Below, one piece after another: positions 49,327 to 58,559 of a DNA stretch of 63,597 nucleotides. The DNA comes from an uncultured virus (IMG/VR IMGVR_UViG_3300025087_000039) (Duplodnaviria; Heunggongvirae; Uroviricota; Caudoviricetes). The notes beneath the pieces were generated by a model. That model did not search any database. It was given only the letters and a program-made list of their open reading frames with translations, and had not been told where the DNA came from. Both the position numbers and the translations under genes were made by a program. Every line of letters begins with the position of its first letter. The stretch's first letter is position 1. The DNA lies in IMG/VR virus record IMGVR_UViG_3300025087_000039, positions 62,001 to 125,597 of that record; one strand, 5' to 3'.

Positions 49327-49798
49327 TATAACATATACAAATGGAGATGCGACAAATCCCATAGGATCTGGGAAAAAATATATTATTCATGTTTGCAATG
49401 ATATTGGAAAATGGGGCGCTGGGTTTGTTTTAGCAATTTCTAAAAAATGGTCTTTTCCGCAAGCTAAATTTTTAGTTATATCCAAAGCTGGTAATTCTAT
49501 TTTGGGCAGTTGTCAATTTTGTAAAGTATCAGATGAAATCACAGTTATAAATATGATCGCTCAACATGGCATAAGATCAAAAAATAATATTTCACCAATA
49601 CGTTATGATGCGTTAGAAAAATGTTTAAAAGAAATTTCAGAATTTATTTTATATAAAAAGTTAAATAATATATCAATTCATGCCCCAAGAATAGGCTGTG
49701 GATTAGCCGGGGGAAAATGGGAAAAAATTGAACCTTTATTGATTAAATATTTTTCTAAAAATAATATTCCAATTTTTATTTATGATTATAAACCTTAA
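49319..49798 (+). CDS. macro domain protein (TARG1/DarG-like ADP-ribose hydrolase)
   Basis: GDAT, IIHVCNDIGKWGAGF..AISKKW, NMIAQ, APRIGCGLAGGKW. Confidence 0.9.
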   Translation: MIDITYTNGDATNPIGSGKKYIIHVCNDIGKWGAGFVLAISKKWSFPQAKFLVISKAGNSILGSCQFCKVSDEITVINMIAQHGIRSKNNISPIRYDALEKCLKEISEFILYKKLNNISIHAPRIGCGLAGGKWEKIEPLLIKYFSKNNIPIFIYDYKP

Positions 49799-49807
49799 AA
49801 ATATAAA

Positions 49808-50719
49808 ATGAATATTTTAGCTGACTTATTTAAAAAGGGTTTATTACCCAAAGGAATTAAAAAATGGATTATTGAAGATTGTCATTATTTAGTGACCATG
49901 GGAAGTTATGCGTACGGCATTTCCCAAGAATTATCTGATGTTGATTTATACGGTTTTTGTATCCCTCCAAGAGAAATTGTATTTCCTCATACTTTAGGAA
50001 TTATTCGTAGTTTTGGAAATCAAGGAGAGAGATTCGATCAATTTCAACAACATCATATTTTAGATAAAGAACAAAAGAAAGAATTTGATATTACAATATA
50101 TAATATTGTTAAATATTTTCAATTATGTATGGACAATAATCCAAACATGATTGACAGTTTGTTTGTCCCTTTCAATTGTATTAATCATATGACAAAGGTT
50201 GGAAATATTGTTAGAGAAAATAGAAAAATATTTTTAAGTAAAAAGGCATGGTGGAGTTTTAAAGGGTATTCTTTTTCACAAATTCATAAATTAAAAACTA
50301 AAAATCCGATTGGTAAAAGAAAATCCTTAATTGAAAAATATGGATGGGATACAAAATTTGGTAGCCATGCGGTTCGACTTCTTTTAGAAGTAGAGCAAAT
50401 ATTAAATGAAGGGGATATAGATCTTCAAAGAGATCGTGAACAATTAAAGGCAATACGTCGTGGCGAATGGACAATGGATGAATTAATTAAATATGTATCT
50501 GATAAAGAAAAACAATTAGAAGGGTTATATCTGAAAAGTAAATTGCCTCAATATCCAAGGGAAAGAGAGCTGAAAAATTTATTAATGTCATGTCTTGAAG
50601 AACATTATGGTTCTCTGGATTCTGCAATGAAATCGTTAGATGGATTGGGAGATTTTCAAAAATTATTTTTAGACCTTGAAAATATTTTATCTAAGTACGA
50701 TTGGAGAGGACCTTCCTAA
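49808..50719 (+). CDS. Pol-beta-family nucleotidyltransferase (RNA-repair-associated type)
   Basis: MGSYAYG..SDVDLYG, NPNMID.LF, GWDTKFGSHAVRL, AIRRG. Confidence 0.85.
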   Translation: MNILADLFKKGLLPKGIKKWIIEDCHYLVTMGSYAYGISQELSDVDLYGFCIPPREIVFPHTLGIIRSFGNQGERFDQFQQHHILDKEQKKEFDITIYNIVKYFQLCMDNNPNMIDSLFVPFNCINHMTKVGNIVRENRKIFLSKKAWWSFKGYSFSQIHKLKTKNPIGKRKSLIEKYGWDTKFGSHAVRLLLEVEQILNEGDIDLQRDREQLKAIRRGEWTMDELIKYVSDKEKQLEGLYLKSKLPQYPRERELKNLLMSCLEEHYGSLDSAMKSLDGLGDFQKLFLDLENILSKYDWRGPS

Positions 50720-50722
50720 ACG

Positions 50723-51085
50723 ATGTCAGAAAAAAAGATGACTAATCAGGAGATAATCAATAAAATAAAAGATTTAAAAAATGAATTGAATCAAAGACAA
50801 CAAGAATTGGAACTTGAGAATCTTAAAAAAGAACATAGAAGAAACACATTTGGATTTCAAAATATAGATCTCCTTTTAGAATATTTTAAAGATCATGAAA
50901 ATGTTAATTGTAATGACGTTAATAAAATTAATAAAAGACACTGTCCAAGATGCATATTATTAGAAATGAAAGATAGAGGTTTTTGGGATGATGATTTTAT
51001 TTTAGAAATCACAATTAAGAAATTCGATTTTCGTAATTATGCTGAAAAACTCAGAAGGCTACCAGACTTATCAAAAGGAGAATAG
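50723..51085 (+). CDS. hypothetical protein
   Basis: coiled N-terminus, H..NC..CPRC. Confidence 0.6.
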   Translation: MSEKKMTNQEIINKIKDLKNELNQRQQELELENLKKEHRRNTFGFQNIDLLLEYFKDHENVNCNDVNKINKRHCPRCILLEMKDRGFWDDDFILEITIKKFDFRNYAEKLRRLPDLSKGE

Positions 51086-51086
51086 A

Positions 51087-51332
51087 ATGAAAGGTTTAAG
51101 TCTTGAACTGAAAGATGCTTTTTATTGCAAAGGGTGTAAGGCATTATGGAATCTCGATGAAACAATGGATTGTGCCCTTCAATTTCCTCAGATCTTCAAA
51201 ATTAAAAAAGATGGAAAAAAGTTTAGTTCTGGATTTAACATGCAAGTAATTCCCGCTGGACCTTGTTTTAAGCCATTGACCAATGAAGAATTTGAAGAGA
51301 TTAAAAATAGTTTGAAAACAAGAAAAAGATAA
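51087..51332 (+). CDS. Cys-containing hypothetical protein
   Basis: ATG at 51087 with AGGAG RBS; CKGC..C..C. Confidence 0.55.
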   Translation: MKGLSLELKDAFYCKGCKALWNLDETMDCALQFPQIFKIKKDGKKFSSGFNMQVIPAGPCFKPLTNEEFEEIKNSLKTRKR

Positions 51333-51341
51333 TCACATAGC

Positions 51342-51563
51342 ATGAGTCTTAATTTAAGAGAGAGATTATTTTATCTTTCTAGCATTCTCTCATATCAAAG
51401 ATGTGAAAATTGTAAATTTTTTAAATCTAAAAAAAGATCCATAGATGGAAAATGTTCAAAATTAAATATAAGTGTTGAATGTTTTAAGTATTGTGTATAT
51501 TTTAAAGTTCTAAGTTGGGAAGACTTTATCAGGAAAGGATTAAAAATACTTTTTCCATGGTAG
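51342..51563 (+). CDS. small Cys-rich hypothetical protein
   Basis: CENCKFF..GKC..C..YC. Confidence 0.55.
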   Translation: MSLNLRERLFYLSSILSYQRCENCKFFKSKKRSIDGKCSKLNISVECFKYCVYFKVLSWEDFIRKGLKILFPW

Positions 51564-52600
51564 GAGATAAAAACTCCATTTTATCTGGAGAAGAAATACT
51601 TAAGATCAAGCATCCCGAGATATTATTCAAGGAGCCAGATCAAATAGATCAAATATTTATCAAGTTGGCTCATAGATGGCATCCTGATAAATGTAAAGAA
51701 AAAAATGCTGGTGAAGTATTTAAACATATAAATAAATTAAGAAAATTAGCAAAGGAAAAAGTAAAAGAAAATATTTGGGATTATCCAAATCTTTTAATTT
51801 TGAAAATTAAAGGAAAAATTATAAGGTTTAAATATTTAACTCAACATGAAATCAACGTAGGAAAAATGTATGTGGGTAATTCACTTGTCATGTTTGTAAT
51901 TGATCAGGATAAAAAAGATTTATATTTGAATGGATTTAAAAATATAAATAAGTTTAAATTTTATTCTGAAGATATGAAAAATGAAATGATTAAATATTTA
52001 CCTCAGATTGAAAAATCTTTTAGTACGGATGATAATAAATATGTTTTAATTTTAAAGAAAACTCCAGATGTTTTTGTTTTAAAGGATATATTAAATTATT
52101 TTAAAGGAAAGATTGACCCTGTGCATGTTGCCTGGATTTTAAATTCATTATACAATATAGCTTGTTATTTAAATTATGCAAAATTGGTTCATAATGATTT
52201 TTCCCAAACCTCAATATTTTTATCACCAAAATATCATAGTGGATTACTTTTGGGAGGATGGTGGTTTTCTTCTGATATTGGCTCAAAAATAGAATTAATT
52301 CCAAAAAGAACTAAAGAACTTTTACCCACAAGAATTATCAAAGAAAAAACTTATGATTCGATTATTGATTTAGAATTGATCAAACAAATCGGTAGAGAAT
52401 TATTAGGAGATCCAACAGGAATAAAATTAAGAACCATGAAAATACCTTTGCCTATTTGTGAATATTTATTAATGCCATCGACATCTAATCCAGTCGATGA
52501 ATATAAAAATTGGGGAGAAATTTTAACAGAGGTTTTTGGAAAAAGAAAATTTGTCAAAATGGACATAGAAAAAAAAGATCTGTACGAAAGGGTTGAATAG
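51557..52600 (+). CDS. J-domain (HPD) protein fused to kinase-like fold
   Basis: KLAHRWHPDK..EVFKHINKL; HVAWILNSL..LVHNDFS..IFL..LLLGGW. Confidence 0.75.
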   Translation: MVGDKNSILSGEEILKIKHPEILFKEPDQIDQIFIKLAHRWHPDKCKEKNAGEVFKHINKLRKLAKEKVKENIWDYPNLLILKIKGKIIRFKYLTQHEINVGKMYVGNSLVMFVIDQDKKDLYLNGFKNINKFKFYSEDMKNEMIKYLPQIEKSFSTDDNKYVLILKKTPDVFVLKDILNYFKGKIDPVHVAWILNSLYNIACYLNYAKLVHNDFSQTSIFLSPKYHSGLLLGGWWFSSDIGSKIELIPKRTKELLPTRIIKEKTYDSIIDLELIKQIGRELLGDPTGIKLRTMKIPLPICEYLLMPSTSNPVDEYKNWGEILTEVFGKRKFVKMDIEKKDLYERVE

Positions 52601-52601
52601 A

Positions 52602-53522
52602 ATGGGATATTCCCGGTGGGATGATAAATCGTGGTCGGCATATAGTTCGACAAAAACCAAAGGAAAATCAACTTCGGCAATTTTCACATCAAGTCGTTTA
52701 CATCCTGAATTTGATCCATCAAAAATCACTATTCGTGAATCAAGAGACTCAGATTTAAATCCAAAATCAAATGCAATTATCATCGCTTTGGATGTGTCTG
52801 GATCAATGGGAATTTTAGCTGACGCAATGATCAGAGAAGGCCTCAATATTCTCTTAACAGAAATTTATGCAAGAAAACCAGTTGAAGATCCTCATGTAAT
52901 GTTGATGGGCATTGATGATGTTGAAGTGGGAGATGAAGTTCCCCTTCAAGTCACTCAATTTGAGGCTGATATTAAATTGGCTGAACAGCTTCAGAAAATT
53001 TTTCTTGAACATGGTGGCGGCGGAAATCATTATGAATCTTATGCATTGGCGTGGTATTTTGCCGCGACAAGAACAAGCATTGATTGTTTTGAAAAACGAG
53101 GACAAAAAGGAGTTCTTTTCACCATCGGTGATGAAGAACCCACTCCTTATCTTCGTGCAAATGATATTAAAAAGGTTATGGGAACTGGACCCCAAACCGA
53201 TTTAAACTCTGAAGAATTGTTAACTATGGTTAGACGTCAATATGATGTTTATCATATTATGGTTGAACAAGGAAATCATTTTCGGAGTTATGGTGATAGA
53301 GTCACAAAAAAATGGCGTGATATTTTGGGACAAAATGCGATCCTTCTTCCTGATCATACCAAAATTTCTGAAACCATTGTTTCGATCCTTCAATTGAGAA
53401 GTGGAAAAGATAAGGATGAAATTTTATCAAGTTGGGATGGCAGTACAGCCGTTTCTGTTCGTAAATCAATTAATGATCTTGTTGTATCCAAAATTGATTC
53501 CTCAGAAATAGTTTCTTTATAA
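52602..53522 (+). CDS. vWA domain protein
   Basis: MG...W, RESRDS, ALDVSGSMG, QFE, GGGGN..ESY, LFTIGDE. Confidence 0.85.
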   Translation: MGYSRWDDKSWSAYSSTKTKGKSTSAIFTSSRLHPEFDPSKITIRESRDSDLNPKSNAIIIALDVSGSMGILADAMIREGLNILLTEIYARKPVEDPHVMLMGIDDVEVGDEVPLQVTQFEADIKLAEQLQKIFLEHGGGGNHYESYALAWYFAATRTSIDCFEKRGQKGVLFTIGDEEPTPYLRANDIKKVMGTGPQTDLNSEELLTMVRRQYDVYHIMVEQGNHFRSYGDRVTKKWRDILGQNAILLPDHTKISETIVSILQLRSGKDKDEILSSWDGSTAVSVRKSINDLVVSKIDSSEIVSL

Positions 53523-53529
53523 TTGGAAT

Positions 53530-53559
53530 GGGGGCATATCTCGAAAGGGATATGTCCCC
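53530..53559 (+). terminator. hairpin (13 bp stem with two G-U pairs, GAAA loop) between vWA and PurA-like genes
   Basis: GGGGGCATATCTC-GAAA-GGGATATGTCCCC; no U-tail. Confidence 0.5.
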
Positions 53560-53567
53560 CAACCATC

Positions 53568-54764
53568 ATGAAAGACGCTAAGGTTGTTATCGGCTCTAAT
53601 TTTGGTGATGAAGGCAAAGGACTTTTTACAGATTATCTTTCTAATAAATTTAAAGAAAGTGGGATAGTCATACGATTTAATGGAGGTTCTCAGGCAGCAC
53701 ATTCTGTACAATTAGAAAATGGAAAAAGACATGTTTTTGGACATTTTGGTGCAGGAACTTTTAATAATGTTCCAACTTTTTTAAGTAGATATTTTATTGT
53801 AAATCCTTATGTATTTTTAGATGAATATGAATTACTTAAAAATTATAACCCTATTGTTTTTGTTGATAAAGAATGTATTGTCACAACCCCATTTGATGTA
53901 TTGATAAATCATATAATTGAGGAAAAACGAGGAGATAAAAAACATGGTAGTTGTGGTCTAGGAATAAATGAAACAATTGAAAGATCTTTAAATAATAACA
54001 GATATTTAATCGAAGTTTCTGATCTATTAAAAAATCCAAAAGAACTTAAAGATAAATTAAGATTAATAAAAGAAGAATATTTTTTTAATAGATTACGAAT
54101 TTTAGGAATAGAAAATATTGATGATAAATATAAGGAAAGATTATATAATGAAAATATAATTGAAAATTTTATTTTGGATTGTCAAGAATTTATTAAAAAA
54201 ATTATAATTCCTTCTGATTTAAATTTTGTTAAAAATAAGAATATTATTTTTGAAGGGGCTCAAGGGCTTCTCTTAGATCAAAATCATAAATGGTTTCCTC
54301 ATGTCACCAGATCAAATACCGGATTAAAAAATGTAATTGAACTTTGTAATGATTTTGAAATTTCTAAGTTAGATATTTATTATATTACAAGAACATATAT
54401 GACGAGACATGGGGCTGGCCCATTTCCGACAGAACAACCAGAAAAAATATATTCTAAAATTATTGATAAAACTAATATCCCTAATAATTTTCAAGGTAGT
54501 TTGAGATTCGGATATTTAGATATTCCCTTAATGAATGACACAATAAATTTTGATTTAATATATGCAAATAAATTTATAATACGAAAAAATATTGTAATTA
54601 CTTGTATGGATCAGGTAGATGAAGATATACCTTTCAAAGATTTATATGATATTTTAAAATTAAGAAAAGAATTATTTCCTAATTTTCTAAAAGTAACTTT
54701 AGGGTTTGATAGATTTATTTGTAGTTATGGGCCAACAAGAAATGATATCTTAAATAGATTTTAG
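53568..54764 (+). CDS. adenylosuccinate synthetase-like protein (divergent)
   Basis: FGDEGKG, RFNGGSQAAH, GSCGLG, FEGAQG, PHVTRSNT, TRHGAGPFPTE; ATG at 53568. Confidence 0.88.
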   Translation: MKDAKVVIGSNFGDEGKGLFTDYLSNKFKESGIVIRFNGGSQAAHSVQLENGKRHVFGHFGAGTFNNVPTFLSRYFIVNPYVFLDEYELLKNYNPIVFVDKECIVTTPFDVLINHIIEEKRGDKKHGSCGLGINETIERSLNNNRYLIEVSDLLKNPKELKDKLRLIKEEYFFNRLRILGIENIDDKYKERLYNENIIENFILDCQEFIKKIIIPSDLNFVKNKNIIFEGAQGLLLDQNHKWFPHVTRSNTGLKNVIELCNDFEISKLDIYYITRTYMTRHGAGPFPTEQPEKIYSKIIDKTNIPNNFQGSLRFGYLDIPLMNDTINFDLIYANKFIIRKNIVITCMDQVDEDIPFKDLYDILKLRKELFPNFLKVTLGFDRFICSYGPTRNDILNRF

Positions 54765-54778
54765 AAAAAGGGGATCAT

Positions 54779-55957
54779 ATGCTAGATAAAGGAAAGTTTC
54801 TTAGTATCTTTCTTAAAAGATTTCCAACCTTTCCTCATAGAATGAGAAGTTGTTTACATTCTTATTCTTCAGAAAATTTATCTCCTTATCATTTAGAGGA
54901 TGATTGCTGGTCTCATACAATGATGGTTTATGAATCCATTAAAATTCATGATTTTACCGAAAATGAAGAATATAAAGTCATAGCGTGTTTAATCTCTGCA
55001 TTATGTCATGACGCTGGAAGACAATTTACAAGAGAATCTCATAAACCAGGGAGAATCAATTTTGGAGGGCATGAATATGCCGGAGTTCAATTTGCAATAG
55101 ATGTTTGTTTTGATTTATTTTATAAAGCTGAAATTAAAGATTCATGTTCTGAACTTTTTTTAAATAGAAAATATTTTAAAGATATTTTAGAAATTGTGGT
55201 TTATTGTGTTTCAGCACATAATAGTCTCGATGAACTTTATTTACCTGAACAATTCATATCATTTTTAAATCAAAATAAAGATCTCGCTGATGTTCTTTTG
55301 AGATTAAGGAATGCTGATATTCAAGGACAAATTAGCATTGATCTATATTCAAGAATAAGCAAATTGGAGACGGCTGAAAGATTGAGAAATAGTATTATTC
55401 ATTTTAAGGAAAAAGAACAAGATAATTATGGAGAAGTGATTTTATTTTGCGGAATTCCAGGGGTAGGAAAAGACTTTTATGGAAATGGTTATTCAGAAAT
55501 GTTTGGATCTAATTTTGAAGTTTTAACATATGATAAATGTAGGGTTGAATATTTTATTAGCAAACACCCAAAAATAAAAAATCATATGAACGATTTAGAA
55601 ATTTATAGCGAAGCGTATAAAACATGTACTGATGAAATTGCTTTAAATCTAATAGGAGAAAAAATTATTGAGAGAGTTAATAAGAATGAATTTCCAATTA
55701 TAATTTCAAATACTTATACCACTTTTAAAACAAGATCAAAAATTATTAAACTCATTCAAAATAAAATAAAAAGAAATATAAAAATTTCTTGTGTATATAT
55801 TTTATCTCCCTTAAATCAGGCAATTGATTTAGATTTTAATAGAAAAGATCATATAGTTGGAAAGGATGTTATAATGAAATTTGCTATGCATCAAGAATTG
55901 CCTTCAATGTCTGAAGGATTTATCTCAGTTGATTTTATTCCAAATATAATTATATGA
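54779..55957 (+). CDS. HD-domain phosphohydrolase fused to P-loop (polynucleotide-kinase-like) domain
   Basis: H.E..WSHT, ALCHDAGR, GHE, NAD; CGIPGVGKD. Confidence 0.8.
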   Translation: MLDKGKFLSIFLKRFPTFPHRMRSCLHSYSSENLSPYHLEDDCWSHTMMVYESIKIHDFTENEEYKVIACLISALCHDAGRQFTRESHKPGRINFGGHEYAGVQFAIDVCFDLFYKAEIKDSCSELFLNRKYFKDILEIVVYCVSAHNSLDELYLPEQFISFLNQNKDLADVLLRLRNADIQGQISIDLYSRISKLETAERLRNSIIHFKEKEQDNYGEVILFCGIPGVGKDFYGNGYSEMFGSNFEVLTYDKCRVEYFISKHPKIKNHMNDLEIYSEAYKTCTDEIALNLIGEKIIERVNKNEFPIIISNTYTTFKTRSKIIKLIQNKIKRNIKISCVYILSPLNQAIDLDFNRKDHIVGKDVIMKFAMHQELPSMSEGFISVDFIPNIII

Positions 55958-56214
55958 ACGAAATAGAAAGATTTCAACATATTCTTGAAAATGTGAACGA
56001 TTCATTAAAGAGGATTCAGGAGGCAGGCTCATATTTTTTAAATGGAGATAAAACAGAATCTTCAAATATTTTACATTCTGAAAATGTTAAATTATCTTTA
56101 GTAGGAAAAGAAATAGAATATTTAATAAATATGATCAAACCAAGAAAAGAATATTCTCAACCTAAACCAAAAGTAATATGCTTAGAGGATTCGAAAGGAA
56201 AAGTCTATGACTGA
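55954..56214 (+). CDS. hypothetical protein
   Basis: 86 aa coupled ORF. Confidence 0.55.
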   Translation: MNEIERFQHILENVNDSLKRIQEAGSYFLNGDKTESSNILHSENVKLSLVGKEIEYLINMIKPRKEYSQPKPKVICLEDSKGKVYD

Positions 56215-56815
56215 GCAATCCCGTATGCCAAAAACTATTCTGAATGTCGCAAGTGGAAAATTAATGCCATTTGATTCTGAAAATGATATTGTTGTAAATA
56301 TTGACCCAATATATTCAACCCCTCCTTTATACCCTGAAAGTTTAGAAAAAATATTGAATTCAAAAATTGGAAATCAAAAATACTTTTTTAAGTATCACTG
56401 GGATAATTTTTATATTGAAAATCCAACTCTTTTATTTGATAAAATATGTATTTATCGATTTTTGGAACATGTTGAATTTACGGCGGTTCCTTATTTTATT
56501 TATGTCATGTCACAACTTCTTAAACCAAATGGAATTATTGATGTCATTGTTCCTGACTATGAAAAATTATCAGGAATGATTTTAAATGAGTCGCCAGGAA
56601 CAGCAGGATGGGAATTACATAATATCATTTTGACAACTGAAATGTTAAATACCCCGGAAGACCCTCATGCAAGTATTTGGACTGAAGATCGTCTTATTTA
56701 TTATTTTGATCTTGAAAAATATTTTAGGGATATTGAAGTAAGATCTGATTTTTCATTGGATGGTCGTGATATTTATTTGCGGATGATAGCTAAAAGAAAT
56801 GAGCTTATATCATGA
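56207..56815 (+). CDS. class I SAM-dependent methyltransferase-like protein
   Basis: ILNVASG, VNID, FLEHV, LLKPNGIIDVIVPD. Confidence 0.75.
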   Translation: MTEQSRMPKTILNVASGKLMPFDSENDIVVNIDPIYSTPPLYPESLEKILNSKIGNQKYFFKYHWDNFYIENPTLLFDKICIYRFLEHVEFTAVPYFIYVMSQLLKPNGIIDVIVPDYEKLSGMILNESPGTAGWELHNIILTTEMLNTPEDPHASIWTEDRLIYYFDLEKYFRDIEVRSDFSLDGRDIYLRMIAKRNELIS

Positions 56816-57057
56816 TAATTATTTTAACGCCTTCAGATTTAAAAGCAAATCTCTCGGCTCATGATGCAATTGGGTTAGAACATTTTAATTCTATAATTTT
56901 TGATTGTTCTAAATATGCTGATTTAGTTTTATATATTCATATGAATGGCGGAAAGATTTTGAAATCCAGAAGTGATGAATATTTTAATAATGAATTGATC
57001 AATGATGAAAAAGTAGAAACTATAATTTTTAACGAAGTTAATAAAACAATTAATTAA
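56812..57057 (+). CDS. hypothetical protein
   Basis: 81 aa coupled ORF. Confidence 0.55.
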   Translation: MIIILTPSDLKANLSAHDAIGLEHFNSIIFDCSKYADLVLYIHMNGGKILKSRSDEYFNNELINDEKVETIIFNEVNKTIN

Positions 57058-57058
57058 A

Positions 57059-57247
57059 ATGATGAATTTTTTAGAAAATGATTTATTTCCGATAGCGTTT
57101 TTAATTATTGTCGTATCACTATTTTTATTAATTGAGTTTCCTGAAATAAAAAAATATATTATAATTAGAACAAAATGTATGATAATTAAAATAAAAACAA
57201 ATATGTTAAGAATTTGTAATTATAAAAAATTTACAGTTAAGCTATAA
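57059..57247 (+). CDS. small membrane protein
   Basis: single hydrophobic helix, basic tail. Confidence 0.5.
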   Translation: MMNFLENDLFPIAFLIIVVSLFLLIEFPEIKKYIIIRTKCMIIKIKTNMLRICNYKKFTVKL

Positions 57248-57251
57248 TAAA

Positions 57252-57653
57252 ATGAAAAAGACAAATGGTTTCACCCTTCTTGAGATTTTAATATCTATAT
57301 TTTTATTAGCAGTTGGACTTTTGGGAGTAATAACTTTAGTCTATACAATAATTAAAACAAATGATCTTTCCAAGAATATTACAAAATCAACAAAATTAGC
57401 AGAAAACACCATAGAGAGTGAAATCACACATATATTTCTTGAAGAAAATTTTCCTGAAACAGATATCTCATATACCAGAGATTATAATGAAATATATCAA
57501 TATGAAGAATTTAAAGAAGTCGTTAAAATTAAATCTAACAATCCAACAAAAAATATGTGTTCTTTAAATGTGATAATTTATTGGGATAATGATCAAAAAA
57601 AGACAGAATTTAATATGATCATAAAAGATACGAGGAGTGAAAAAGATGATTGA
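57252..57653 (+). CDS. prepilin-type N-terminal cleavage/methylation domain protein (PilV-like)
   Basis: MKKTNG|FTLLEILISIFLLAVGLLGV class III signal with E5. Confidence 0.88.
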   Translation: MKKTNGFTLLEILISIFLLAVGLLGVITLVYTIIKTNDLSKNITKSTKLAENTIESEITHIFLEENFPETDISYTRDYNEIYQYEEFKEVVKIKSNNPTKNMCSLNVIIYWDNDQKKTEFNMIIKDTRSEKDD

Positions 57654-57819
57654 AAATATAATTATTCATGTATCAATTTTACTTTCTTTTTCTATTATTT
57701 TTGTAATAGTTGGGACTGTAATTTCAGATGTCATTTCTAATGATTCAGAATTGATAAAAGGTATTTTCAATTCATTAAAAAAGAAAATTTTAAAACATAG
57801 AAAAATAGTTATAAAATAG
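57646..57819 (+). CDS. small membrane protein (paralog of 58359)
   Basis: TM helix then SD..NDSELIKGIF..KKKI..KIVIK. Confidence 0.55.
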   Translation: MIENIIIHVSILLSFSIIFVIVGTVISDVISNDSELIKGIFNSLKKKILKHRKIVIK

Positions 57820-57877
57820 TTTATACATATTTGTATTTTTTTTAAGACAGGAGTTCTTTCAAACTTAGGAGAAAAAT

Positions 57878-58321
57878 ATGGAGCAGATAAGCAATTTTAT
57901 AGGAGACTATGGATTTTTATCAAATTTTTATGATTCAGAAATTATAGATAATGATGGCATAAAATATAAAACCGTAGAACATTATTATCAAGCTCAAAAA
58001 ACTTTAGATTTGAATGATCAAGAAAAAATAAGAAATTCACCATCTCCGGGAATTGCTAAAAAATTAGGAAGAAAAGTTGTTATGAGAAACGACTGGGATA
58101 AAGTAAAAATATTTATTATGGAAAAAGCATTGAGAATGAAATTTAATCAAAACTTAGAACTAAAGAAAAAGTTAATAGAAACAAATGGTTATGAATTAAT
58201 TGAAGGAAATTGGTGGCATGATACATATTGGGGCGTTTGCAATGGAAAAGGACAAAACCATTTAGGACAATTATTAATGAAATTGAGAAATGAATATATT
58301 TTGGGGTTAACTAAATTCTAA
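57878..58321 (+). CDS. NADAR family protein (YbiA-like)
   Basis: FLSNFY, TVEHYYQAQK, AKKLGR, DWD, KFNQN, LIEGN, DTYWG, GQNHLGQLLM. Confidence 0.93.
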   Translation: MEQISNFIGDYGFLSNFYDSEIIDNDGIKYKTVEHYYQAQKTLDLNDQEKIRNSPSPGIAKKLGRKVVMRNDWDKVKIFIMEKALRMKFNQNLELKKKLIETNGYELIEGNWWHDTYWGVCNGKGQNHLGQLLMKLRNEYILGLTKF

Positions 58322-58358
58322 ATCTACGTTTCATAGTTTGCCGAAAAAGGAGAACGAG

Positions 58359-58559
58359 ATGATCACCTTAGGCTATGCGATGTTAGAAGTAATGTTAAAG
58401 ATAATTCTTGGAATTTCTATTTCTTTTATCACTATTCTTTTAGTTCTCATTATTACGGATATTATGTTTCGGGATTTTGAACTTATAAAAGAAATTTTTC
58501 AATTAGTAAAGAGAAAAATTGAAAAAATTACTAATTATAAAAGATTTGTTATTCGATGA
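58359..58559 (+). CDS. small membrane protein (paralog of 57646)
   Basis: TM helix then TD..RDFELIKEIF..KRKI..RFVIR; ATG 58359 with AGGAG RBS. Confidence 0.55.
   Translation: MITLGYAMLEVMLKIILGISISFITILLVLIITDIMFRDFELIKEIFQLVKRKIEKITNYKRFVIR

Noticed and set aside
53568..54764. PurZ (2-aminoadenine 'Z-genome' synthesis)
   Set aside because: The protein has the PurA-type Asp in GDEGKG rather than the Ser of PurZ (GSTGKG), and no dATPase/MazZ-like neighbours were recognised
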